Shown: positions 16,729 to 28,160 of the stretch, piece after piece | How the letters are laid out: each line of letters starts with the position of its first letter | Position numbering within the stretch: the first letter of the stretch is position 1 | Source: the human T2T-CHM13v2.0 reference genome, Homo sapiens | Length of the DNA stretch: 64,000 nt | Assembly (NCBI RefSeq): GCF_009914755.1 | Contig: NC_060940.1 | Direction: 5' to 3' (one strand) | Position numbers and translations under genes: made by a program | Notes under the pieces: generated by a model | The model's database searches: none | Seen by the model: only the letters and a program-made list of their open reading frames with translations | What the model was told of the DNA's origin: nothing

Positions 16729-18659
16729 CCTCCCTTGGACCTAGAACATGCAATCTGCCTGGGCATCTTGTGGTCCAGACAAATAAGTGAACATGACTTT
16801 GAAAATGAGCCTGGCTGCAGATGGGATGATTTTAGGGAAAGGGAGGGAGGGTGTCTGGGGGCCAGAGTAGAGTGGAGCTGATGTAGATCCTTGGCTTGTG
16901 AAACTCTAAAGGGTAATTTCTCTCTGTGTGACCTGATTGCTAACCAATGTTTCCAGGGGCAGGGGGTGGGGTGGGGAGTTAAGTTTTGGGGGCATAATTC
17001 TGTTCTCTGCCAGAAAAGCTGACATCTCCATCGCCTCCTGTTCCTACTACAAGATGGAATTCTGTAATTCTATCATTAGAACTTTCTATAGCTTAAGGCC
17101 ATGTGTACTAAATCTGTAAGACCATCAGAATCAGCTCAGGGTATTTTATAGTGTCTACATCTGGGCTCAGACATTGAAACAGAACATCAGACGTATAGGA
17201 AGAGGCTTCCAGATCAGATGGTGATGTGCCCTAGATTTGGAAGGTATTGGGCTTTGGGTGGTAGTGGTGATATGGTGGTGGTGCTGGTGGAGTTAGTCAC
17301 TCTGTGTTGCTTGTTTCCAAGAGCCAGCAATTAGGAGTGGATGAGCGATGAGGGGATCCCCTAGATGACCAGGGATGGGGCTTAGGGTTAGGTCTTGCTA
17401 GCCGCCTGGTGGGAGACCTAACAGCCATGCTCATCCTCATCTCTGAAGATTCATAAAGTCATGAAGAGGCTTTTGGGTTCTCAGGAAAGTCATGTAACAC
17501 TCCTAGGTGCCTGTTTTAGAAATTTTAATGCTCTCAAAGCCCAGATCTCTGGGCCTTGGCTGGTTAGAGAAGGCTGTACTGGGTGCTGGGTGCTGGATGC
17601 TAGGTGCTGGGTGTGCCATTTCTGCCCAGAGTGTTTCCGGGATATAAGGAAGCAAAGGGACCCTGCCCACCTCCCCGCCTTTGGAGCGGATGCCTGGGTG
17701 AGGTCATTGACAGGTCAATGGTGAGGTAGAGGAGATGGCATGTTTGTGGCAGTTCACTTTAGTGGAGCTCAGTTGGTTACTTACCTCCCCCTGCCCATTT
17801 CCTCTGCTGTCACCTGGGCACATGCATAGTTGTTTCCTTGTAAAGACCTTGCCATAAGTCCATAAGAAAATGCAGGTGAAACTCTTAGCAGAGTTTCTGG
17901 CTCAGAGTAAGCATTTGACGATGATGATGATGATGACAATGATGGTAGTATTGGCTGGGCTTTTGTTTAAGTGTCCCAGGGGAGACATTCATCATGTTTG
18001 CCACTGGCCTGAACACAAGAACCTTCCAAAATATTATACTCTCTTCTTGAGTATTTCCACAGCCTAGGAGTAATGTACTCTGTGCTGCCTGTGATGCAAT
18101 CCCTGCCCCACCCCACCCCATCATCAGGCCAGTTTTGAGGGAGCTGGTCCATGATCCAGTCTCCTGTCTGATTCTTCCCTAGAGAGTCTGGACTCAGGGG
18201 ACAGAGAGGAAGAATCAAGGTCCACCCTCCCCACGACTCTGATAATGAATAGAACATCTGGCAAGCGGCAGGTGCCTCCTTGGTCGGTCTTATGCCTACT
18301 TGATAATAGATGATCTAATCTGTCTCTCCATAGCACTTCCTTCTCTGTGCAGGTGACAGAGATGGAGTGATCCCAACCTTCACCTGGAGAAAACACGGCT
18401 TCCCAGGGAACATGCTCTGTGTTGCAGCAGGCTGGAGGTGGCATCCTGGGAGGTTTACGATGCTTGCTGCTTACAGGCATTGCTGTATGCAGCTGTATCA
18501 TGGGCTGGACCACCTGCCAAGGGCAGGGCACCTCCAACCAGGCCAGGAGAAATTAGAAGCTTTATCCAGGTTCACAAATAGTCTGGCCACTTCTCAGCCC
18601 TGCTATCCCCCAGTAGCATTTCTTATAGAAAGCAAAACACTTAGTCTTCCTCCTCCTCT

Positions 18660-19435
18660 TTTAAAATTGCATTATGTTGAAGTATTTTGGGAATACAAAA
18701 AAAAACTTACAGAGAATATTTCATAAACGTTAACATACCCATCGCTCAGCTTAAGAATGAAAACATTGCAAACACAGTTGAAGCCTTTTCACTGTACAAT
18801 TCCCTTCTTCCTTCTCTCCCTCAGTGGTAACTGCTGTCCTAAATTTTCCCATATATGATTTTAAATTTTATTTCATTTGTATGTGTCCATGTGCTTTTAC
18901 ACTTTTAGAGAATCAGTGTGGTCACACTGTTGGTTGTCTCCGACAGCTATTTCTTTTTTTTCAGTATTGATTTGATAGTTCTCCATGTTGTTGCCAGGAG
19001 TTCTGGGGTTCCAGTTTGCTTCAACTTCCAGCCAAACTGTCACAGCATCATGATCTCCCTTTATTTATCCCTTTTCCTGTTAACTGATACGTGGTATCTT
19101 TCCAAATCCAACAAGTTTAATTTTGTTAGATTTCATGCACTACAGCAATGAATATTCTTCCATGTGACTCCTTATGTAAATGTGTGAAAATTCCTGTCTA
19201 TACAGGTGGGTCTGGAAATGCTGGGTCATGGGAGTCACATGGCTTCAGCTTTTCTAGAAATCAGCAAATTGCATTCTTGACTGATTTTTAGCAGTTTATA
19301 TCTACACCAGAGGGGTAAGAAAGTTCTCACTGCTCCACTACCTCACCAGGATTGACTTGTCAAACTTTTAAAATGCTTGCCAACTGATCTTTTTGGAAAT
19401 GAGGTACCTCATTATGGTTTACATGGTATTTTAAA
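18660..19435 (-). mobile_element. Ancient L1ME-type 3' region
   Basis: gcaatgaatattctt...ggaaatgctgggtca...tgtcaaactttt..ttgccaactgat..tggtacctcatt. Confidence 0.65.
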
Positions 19436-19599
19436 GTGATTTCATATTGCACACATGGGCACATGCACACACGCACAGAGAGAAGGATTAAGCCTTCTGC
19501 ACTTGCATTATTCCATGGAAGGATCCTCTGCCTGAAGGAAATTCAGAGCGATAAGATCTGGAAGCGATGTGGTCTGATTGTGATGGAGGAGGAATGTGC

Positions 19600-19815
19600 T
19601 ATTCCATTCAGCTATGACTTGGATTTTATACCCTGCACATATGGTCTTGCCACTTTGAGTAGGTAGCTTTACTGCTCCAAACCTCAACTCAGTTAATCTG
19701 CAAAATGGAAATAATAATAAATACCTATCTCAGAGGGTGGCTGGCAGATTAAAAGATGAAGTATGTCTAACATTTAGCACAAATGCCTGGCACACTAAGC
19801 ACTGGGCAAATGGCA
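19600..19815 (+). mobile_element. MIR
   Basis: atctgcaaaatggaaataataataaatacctatctcagagggtg...gcctggcacac. Confidence 0.75.
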
Positions 19816-19824
19816 GCTGCAAGT

Positions 19825-20150
19825 CCTCCCCTTCTTCCCTCTCTCCCTTCTTTCTTTTTTCCTTCCATCCCTCCTTCTCTCCTTCTTTCTTTACCTCCCT
19901 CCCTCTCTTTTTGCCTTCCTTCCTTCTTGTTCCCTCCCTCTCTTCCTTCCCTTCTTCCTTTCCTCCTTCCCTCCCTCCTTCTCTTCCTTCTCCCCTCACC
20001 TCCCCTCTCCTCCCCTCCTCCTTTCCCTACCTCCCTCCTTCCTTCCCCCCTTCCCTCCTTCCCTCCTTCTCCCCCGCTTTCTTCCTTCCTTCCTCCCTGT
20101 CTTCTTCCTGCTTTCCTCCTTTCCTTCCCTTTCTCTCCTCCCTTTCTTTC
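19825..20150. repeat. Polypyrimidine/polypurine low-complexity tract (~325 bp)
   Basis: almost entirely C and T on the + strand. Confidence 0.95.
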
Positions 20151-20564
20151 ACTCTAATGTACTGGAGAGGCAGTTGTGTTGCCTTTCAACACAGACAGAA
20201 ACTCTAATAAGGCTACTGCATTATACAGAGGAACATCCTTCAGAGTCCCCTGCTTTAAGAAATGGTAAAGAATGCTTTATAATTAATATATTGTTTGTAT
20301 GTAAACAGATTCCTCTATGTTGGTATGGACTACCTCTATTTCCTAAATAATTTGACCTGCTTCCTTGATATTTCATGATTTTTGTTCATTTGCTTAGAAA
20401 ACTTTCCTTTTGGAGGGTTCAGAGTCAACGTTAGCCAGCTAACATCAGAGTTGTGTAATCATGAATTACCAAGAAGGAGAATTCTAGACCCAGAGTTTGC
20501 CAGGTAAATGGCTGCTGGCAAACAGCTCACAGGAGAAAAATCTGCCTAGAAATTACTGGCTTGT

Positions 20565-20974
20565 TTTTGTTTTGTTTTTGAGACAGTGTTGCTCTGTCAC
20601 TCAGGCTGGAATGAACTGGTGCAATCTCAGGTCACTGCAGCCTTGACCTCCCAGATTCAAGCAATTCTCCTGCCTCAGCCTCCCAAGTAGCTGGGAATAC
20701 AGGCATATGTCACCACACCTGGCTAATTTTTGTAGTTTTAGCAGAGATAGTGTTCCACCATGTTGGCCAGACTGGTCTCGAACTCCTGACCTCAAGTCAT
20801 CTGCCCACTTCGGCCTCCCAAAGCACTGGGATTACAGGCATATGTCATCACACCTGGCTAATTTTTGCAGTTTTAGCAGAGATAGTGTTTCACCATGTTG
20901 GCCAGACTGGTCTTGAACTCTTGACCTCAAGTCATCTGCCCACCTCGGCCTCCCAAAGCGCTGGGATTACAGGC
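20565..20974 (-). mobile_element. Alu with internal 135-bp duplication (three monomers)
   Basis: units 20701-20835 and 20836-20970; TSD TACTGGCTTGT 20554-20564 / 20975-20985. Confidence 0.95.
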
Positions 20975-21344
20975 TACTGGCTTGTATTTCCATAACTCCA
21001 TTCTGGTCTATGCACAAGACCAATTGTCACCTGAAGGAGTTATGCCTGGTTCCAGACCTGTTCTAAGTGATGTCTGTATTTCATAAATGTGCTTGCATTC
21101 TATGCTTTTCATTGCAAACTGGGATGCCACCATTTACTATATCTTCCCCTGTGCTAGCATCTCTGACCAAGGCAGCAGGCCTTCAGCAGACAAATAATTA
21201 ACTTTCAGAATTAAAGTATACAAAAGCACAATTAATTAATTTGATACTTTTTAAATCTATGTTGTACATTAACTCATCTTAGTCTTTAGCCATAACACAA
21301 ACACACACGTGCACACAGGGGCACACACAACCACGCACACACAC

Positions 21345-21800
21345 CAACTAATTCAATGAGTTTCCACTGGGTGCCCACTCTGCCAGGCTTCATCAAGTAC
21401 TGGACAAACAGACCCTTTTCTAGCCTCTCAGAGCTCATGATATAAGAGGGGAGACAGACATTAATCAGATCATCTACAAAGAAAAATACAATCTCAAATT
21501 GTGCTAAATGTCAGAAAGTACCGAGAAAGAGGCACTGAGTGAGAAAAACAGCATGGACACACTTTGGAGGGGATGGTAGCGAAAGTCTCTATGGGGAGTG
21601 GTTGAGATGGAGAGGGTGAGAAGGGAGCATCCATGGGAGGGATGAGGGAGAAAGCTTCCAGGCAGTGTGAAGGGATGAGCCAAGGCCCTAACTGGGGAAC
21701 CACAAACTCAATGGGGTCACAGATGGAAGGCCCACGTGACTGGGCCACTGTAAGTGAGAGGAAATGGGGAGATGGGTGGGGTCAGGTCATGAGGGACTGC
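21345..21800 (-). mobile_element. L2 fragment
   Basis: tgggtgcccactctgccaggc...gagctca..ggggagacagacatt..ccaggcagtgtgaagggatgagccaaggccc. Confidence 0.6.
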
Positions 21801-23049
21801 TGTGATTTGGGGTAATTTCCCAGTGCTCAGTGTTTGTTCCCACTGTTGTTCATCTCTGAATGTTCACATTCTGCCCACTCTGTGTCTTTGCCTGAGCTGT
21901 CCCTTCCACCTGAAAATTACGCTCTACAACAGTCTTCCCCCCACGGCTAAGTGTGATGCATCCTTCAAAGGTTCTGCTACCTCCTGGATCCCCTCCACCA
22001 CCTCTAGGAGAAAGAGTCTCTCCTAAGACCTGTAGCATTTAGCTGTCTCGCATCTGGGCTGCTTGCTCTACCTGTTCTTAGCTTCTTTTCAGCCGTGACT
22101 CCTACTTGAAGACAAGCATCCTGAGTGTGAGGACCACGTTGAGGACCATGTCCCATTATCCTCATGTTCACTCTTCCCCTTCCCTGTGTAGTTCCCAACC
22201 CCAGGAGGTCAGTATGTTTTAAATATCTTCTCCAGATAGAGCAGCCTGTGCAAAAGCCTGAAGCAGGAGAGAGAGAGATCATAGAACATTTGAACAACTA
22301 GAAGAAACATACAAGGGCAAGGAAGAGAAGATCAGATTGTGGAGGCCTTGGAGACCATGAAAATTATGTAGTTTTTTTCTGAAGCACCAGGAAGACACTG
22401 GAAGGTTTTAAATTGCAAACTGCAATGTATTAAGTTATTAACAACTAGAATTGGCTTCTTAGTGATATTTGACTCTAAATTGGTCCATGCTTGAGCTCAC
22501 CAAAGGAATAAATCTCTAACAGTGGAACTTTTCGTTCTGATAGTGAAGGTATTTCAAAGATGGGTAGTCCAGGAGTACCCTTGGAAACATATCATGAATA
22601 TGGTTAAGGCCAGCCTTGCCTCAATCCAAGGACAATTATCAAAGGTGCATGGATATAGCTAATTCTTTGATTGCCTTTGTCAAAAATAGTGTTCTTTTTA
22701 GTGAATTGGGTGAAATAAATATCCCACTTGGCCTCATTGTTATGGATGTCAACTTTCTGGCTTGAGCACCAGTTTGCTTTACATTGGCATTAACGTTTTC
22801 TGCAAACTGTTTTAAGTCAGGAGAAATTAACCCTCAATGATCTGAGCTCATGAAGTTTACAAATAGCACTGCCTGGCAAATTAAGGGGTTTGCAGAGGAT
22901 ATGAGTACAGTCTACAGTGCCCCAAGAAACTGCTTGATGACTCTGACAATAGCCCCTGGAAAGTCAATGGAGGTGTAACAATAAAAATTAAGCAAAAAAG
23001 TAACCTTCACTGATCATCAGTGGTGACATGCCAGCGTCTGGTTTATGTG

Positions 23050-23175
23050 TGTCTTGTCATGCAATCATTCAACAATGTAGTGAGGAGGTTGGTTATTCTT
23101 ACTTTTCTAATGAAGAAACTGAGGTTCAGAGAGGGTCACACAACTAGGAAGTAGCCACACAGGAGCTAGAACACC
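23050..23175 (-). mobile_element. MIR
   Basis: atgaagaaactgaggttcagagagggtcacacaact. Confidence 0.7.
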
Positions 23176-23286
23176 ACCGGCCAATGGCCAATCTTTCTAT
23201 GATACTTTCCATGTCTCTTGGGGGCCTCTTCAGCCTTGGAAAGTCCTCTTTGGGTAGAGTGAAGCCACCAACAGGAATCTCCTGAT

Positions 23287-23710
23287 GCGTTAGTTTCCTA
23301 AAGCTGCGGTAACAAATTTCTACACACTTAGTTTCTTAAAATAATGAAAATTTATTCTCTTATAGTTCTGGAGGCCAGAGGCCTCGAGTCAGTTTTACTA
23401 GACCAAAATTAAGGTATTAGCAGGGCCATAGTCCCTCCAGAGGCTCTAGGGAGAATCTAGTGGCTTCTGGCAAGCCTTGGCTTGTGGCTGCATCACTCTA
23501 AGCTCTGTCTTCTTCTTTTGTCTGTGTCAAATCTCCCTCCACCTTTCTCTTATAAGGACAGTTGTGATTGCATTTAAGGCTCACCCAAATAACCGAGCAT
23601 AAACTCCCTAATGCAGTAAAATCTATGAATACCCTTTTTTCCAAATAAGGTAATATTTACAGGTTACAGGATCAGTACCAGATACTTCTGGGAATCATTA
23701 TCCAGGTTGT
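23287..23710 (-). mobile_element. MLT1B/C solo LTR
   Basis: ttagtttcct..gctgcggtaacaaa..tttattctcttatagttctggaggccaga..ccaaataaggt. Confidence 0.8.
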
Positions 23711-24741
23711 AATGCCTGGTTCTATGCCCAAATTGTCTCCCCTCATCCACGAGCTCCATGAGTAGCCAGAATCTGTAACAGGGAACATTCTCTGTCCCTC
23801 AGCTTCCTTCTGGGCCAACCAGAGCATAACTGGGCTGAGGCCTGGGTAAGCATTTCTCCCCAACATGACATAATATTTGTCTGAAGGTAATTCTGCCTCT
23901 AAATTATTTGCAAATGCTCCTCACATTCCCCCCCAACTTTTTAGGATTCAGAGCCAATTTGTAATAAGCAAGAGCAGTTTGACCCAGATTAAAAGATACA
24001 ATTAGTCTGTCTGCTTGGTAAACCTAAAAAAGTACCACTTACAACAAGTTATTGTGTTTTTGACAAAGGGAGATGTCCTGGCAGAACAATAAAGCCCCCA
24101 CCACTGATAAGAGCCTTGTAATTTACTCAAAACACTCAAGTGGGAAGAGAGAGCAGCCCCTTGGAACCTGGGATCGCAGCCTGTCCTGCTCTTGTGGGAA
24201 GTGGCCCCCAGGAGAGGAGGTGGATTCCATTACTGCCCAGAAGAGAAGAGATTGCCAAGTGAGGGCTGGGGAGCCCACTCCTCCACCTTTCCCTTGGAGC
24301 TGCTAAAGGTTGCTTTCCTGGAAATGGGAGCTCTGTGGGACCAAGTATGTGAGGCCACCCTGGATTATAGACGAAAGTCCCACTGACTCAGGTGGCCAGC
24401 TGTCCTGAGCAGCCGAGGATGGGGCCATCTTGGATCATGAGGGCCAGCTAGTCAGTTGTCAGGTCATGTCTGTCCCACTGGGGACACGGGTAAACTCTAG
24501 GGGCTGGGAACTGATGGGACTCTCTCCTTCTTGGCCTCATCTTCCTTTCATTGGCCCTGACATGGGCCTCAGCCCTAGAGGTGCGGAGCCCCAGGAGCCA
24601 CGCACAGCAGCTGTGTATTGGGTCCTCACTCTGGGCCAGCGTTGATGGGAGTTCCTTATGTGGATCACCCTGTGTAAGTCTTACAACCAGCGTGGGGCAG
24701 GAACTCTTGTTATACTCATTTTATAGATTAAGAAACGGGAC

Positions 24742-25195
24742 TGTTATGGGTTGAACCATGTCCCCCTCAAATTTATATGTTGACTTTCTAGCCCCCAGTA
24801 TCTCAGAATGTGACCTTATCTGGAGGCAGGGTCTTTACAGAGATAATGAAGTTAAGTGGGGTCATTATGGTGGGCTGTAATCCAATAAGACTGGAGTCCG
24901 GATGAAGAGGGGAAATGTGGAAGCAGACACAAACCTGGGGAGAACACCATGTGATGATGAAGGCAGGAGTCAGGGTGATGCTTCTCCAAGACAAGGAACG
25001 CCAAAGATGGCCAGCCAGCCCTGAAGCTGGAGCAGGGGCTGGGAGATCCTCCCTCTCAGCCCTCAGAAGGAACCAACATTGTCAACACCAGTCTTGGACT
25101 TCTTGCCTCTGGAACTGTGAGGCAAAAAACTTCTGTTTTTTAAGCCACTCAAAGTTTGCAGTCTTTTGTTCTGGAATCTCTGGGAAACTAGTGCA
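24742..25195 (+). mobile_element. MLT1C solo LTR inserted in a MIR
   Basis: tgttatgggttgaa..tcagaatgtgacctta..gccctcagaaggaaccaac..gggaaactagtgca. Confidence 0.85.
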
Positions 25196-25239
25196 TGGGG
25201 CTAAGAAGGTAACTTCCTGGAGCAGACACGGACACCTGG

Positions 25240-25665
25240 CTGACCTATGGTTGTTCCCAATACTTTTTTCACTGTTGTCTTCCACTATGAAGACTGGAGA
25301 AGCAAAATATCTGTTTTCCCTGTTTCTTTTGATCTGGCCAATGAGATCTAAGCCTGTTGGAAGTTTCTGGGAAAGGTTTTGCTCTCCTGATAAAAAGAGA
25401 CAGACAAGACATGTCCCACTGCCTTTGTCCCACCCTAAACCCCTCTTCGGTGCTCATCTGCTGACAGATGCAATGCCTAGCACTACAGAGACCAGCTTGC
25501 AAAATGAAAAGGTCCAAAGAGTTTCAGAGTTGGTGGGCCTTTGGTGGTTGAGCCACTAAAGCTGAACTTCTTGTTTGTATGAAAAATAAACCCTGATTTG
25601 TTTTTGTCACTGCAGTCCTATTTTAATGCAACGTACTGCCCAGTGCATTCCCAGTTGCTCTAACA
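25240..25665 (+). mobile_element. Old MaLR LTR (MLT1J/L-like)
   Basis: tctggccaatgagat..gtttctgggaaaggttttgct..gttgagccact..gaaaaataaaccc. Confidence 0.6.
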
Positions 25666-25762
25666 TCCCAGGCTAGCCAGCTTGTGAGTGACAGGGCTCT
25701 GGTTAGACTTAGTTCCTTCTCGCTTCAGTGCCTACTGCACAGTGCTGACTGTGGACAGAGCC

Positions 25763-26178
25763 TGTAGTTTGTTCTCACACTGTTAGTAGTTCATCCTCAC
25801 ACTGTATTAGTTCTCACACTGTATTAGTTCATTCTTACACTGCTATAAAGAAATACCTGAGACTGGGTAATTTATAAACAAAGGAGCTTTAATGGACTTA
25901 CAGTTCCGCATGGCTGGGGAGGCCTCAGGAAACTCATAATCATGGCAGAAGGGGAAGCAGTCACCTTCTTCACAAGGCAGCAAGAGAGAGAAGAGTGAGT
26001 AAAGGAGGAGCTTTCCATACACTTATAAAACCATCAGATCTCGTGAGAACTCACTCACTATCATGAGAACAGCTTGGGGGAAACTGCCTCCATGATCCAA
26101 TCACCTCCCTCCGTCTACACATGGGGGATTACAATTCCAGATGAGATTTAGGTGGGGACACAAAGCCAAACCATATCA
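25763..26178 (-). mobile_element. THE1D-like solo LTR with tandemly repeated terminus
   Basis: ctgagactgggtaatttataaa..ggaggcctcaggaaact..ccaaaccatatca; TSD gagcc/aagcc. Confidence 0.9.
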
Positions 26179-27329
26179 AAGCCAGGCCACACTTCCTAGA
26201 GCCAAGTGGCTTCTTCATCTCTGTCACTCTGAGGCACTCAGGGAAGAGGCAAGGGCTGTAGCAGCTGCCCAACCCTGTAAACACAGAAGAGGAGACAGAA
26301 ACCACGAGAACAGAGTGTACGGGCAGAGCATTGTCGAGGGAGCTGCAAGATGCCTCACAGAGCCCCATTCATTCTCATCCAGCTTGGCTGTCAGGCTCAG
26401 GAGTGAGTGGCGTTGATTTTTAGCTCTTTGGGGGCTGTGCTGGGAGGGGAGCAGAGCTTTCTGGTGGAGAGACATTCCAGGGCAGGGCAGCCCAGAGGGA
26501 GTGTCTGTGCAGTAGGGGCTGGACTCAGTCTGGGCTTTACTTTTTCCTTGCCTCTGCCTCCTCAACTCCCATTACCACTTCTGCTTCTATGTCTTCTATA
26601 TTCCTCCACAGTGCCAAGCACAGAGTCTTCCATACAGCAGTAAGTACTCAATAAATGATTGCATTAAACTTATAAAAATGGGGAGCCTGCCTGACTCACG
26701 ATGACTCTGACTCTGTTCTTCCTAGAACAGATACTGTTCTTTTTGGACCAAATTTTGGCTGGGCTATTCAACTGGATTTTACCCAGAGACCACAATGATT
26801 GATTGGTTCGAGAAAAGACATGTGACTTCAACTGAGCCAATAGGAAGTCTTCCCTGGGATTTAAAAAATTTGAGCTGAGAAGGATGCATGTTCTTCTCTG
26901 ATCATGAGGCTCTAAGAATATAAGGCCACAGCTACTAATGTTCATGCCCTCTGGAGTATAAAGAAAGACCATAGGCAGTATGATGTGCTCCACTCTCACT
27001 CACCTGCAAGCCATTCCCCAAACACAACTGGACTAGAATGATAACAGTGATTGTAATACTCATTGTTATTTACCCAGCATTTAGGGTCTGTCTGTGCTCA
27101 AGATGCTCTCATTCTGGAGCTTAAAGCTGAGCTCTCCCTTCTCTGAGCTCTCAGGACGCCAGATTTGCCCTTCTTTTATGGCAATTACCACATCCTGTGG
27201 TGAATTGTTCATTCGCAATCATTTACTGGTACTTACCACATGGAAGCTACTGTACTTAGCACTGGAGAGGAATATGGAAATCTACAACATGGTTTCATGT
27301 TAGATTAGGGCAAGGGCATGGATGACTGC

Positions 27330-27663
27330 TGTTAGTCAGACAAGCTTATGCTGAAACAGTCTGAAACAAACAACCTGAAATTATTAGGTGGTTTTTGCAC
27401 CCATTGGGAAGGGCTGAGGACTGCTTCCCAGGGCCTGTATTCCAGGACCCTCGCTAAAGAAGCAGCAGTGTGTGGCAATAGGAAAAGAGAGCATGGCACA
27501 CTGAGGCTTGAATCTTCTGCCTGGAAATGACGAGTCACTCATGCTCACATTTCATTGGCTAAAACAAGTCACCTGGCCATGCCTGAGCTCAATAGGTGAG
27601 GTAAGGACCATTCTTCCAAAGGAGAGATACCAAAGCTTTCTGAGCACAATACTGTCTACTACA
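27330..27663 (-). mobile_element. Old MaLR LTR (MLT1K/L-like)
   Basis: gctcacatttcattggctaaaacaagtcacctggccatgcctga. Confidence 0.6.
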
Positions 27664-27746
27664 CTTTCTTCTCTTGGCAGCTGGGCAACATCTTATCACT
27701 GTAACCTTCCCAGTGGCCACCCTTGCACTTTGCACCTAATGAGTAC

Positions 27747-28160
27747 TATGTTAGTTTGTTCTTGCATACTATAAAGGAACACCGGACGCTGGGCAATTTA
27801 TAAAGAAAAGTGGTTTATTTGGGCTCACAGTTCTGCAGTCTGTACAGGAAGCATAGTGCTGGCATCTGCTTCTGGTGAGACCTCAGAAAGCTTCCAATCA
27901 TGGTGAAAGGCAAAGGGAGAGCCAGAGTATCACAGGGTGAGAGGAGGAGCCAGACAGAGAGGGGGAGGCGCCACATTCTTTTAAACAACCAGATCTTGTG
28001 TGAACTCAGAGCCAGAACTCACTCATTATCTGAGGAAAGCACCCAAATTCATGAGGGATTTGTCCCTGTGACCCAAACACTTAGCATGAGACCCACCTCC
28101 AACACTGGGGATTACATTGAACGTGAGATCTGGAGGGGACAAAACACCCAAACCACATCA
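27747..28160 (-). mobile_element. MSTB-like solo LTR
   Basis: gctcacagttctgcag..tgtacaggaagcat..ggcatctgcttctggtgag..cccacctccaacactggggattaca. Confidence 0.9.

Noticed and set aside
18314-18352. Splice acceptor-like signal (CTAAT, pyrimidine tract, CAG)
   Set aside because: Competing upstream AG and no convincing donor or exon partner; such signals are common by chance
19737-20207. Pro/Ser/Leu-rich ORFs
   Set aside because: Artefacts of the stop-free pyrimidine tract
24915-25559. 214-aa ORF
   Set aside because: Runs across an MLT1C LTR and a second MaLR LTR; no domain signature, so most likely a chance ORF
25763-25845. CRISPR-like array (also 59797-59867)
   Set aside because: Degenerate tandem units with no unique spacers, in a primate context with no cas genes
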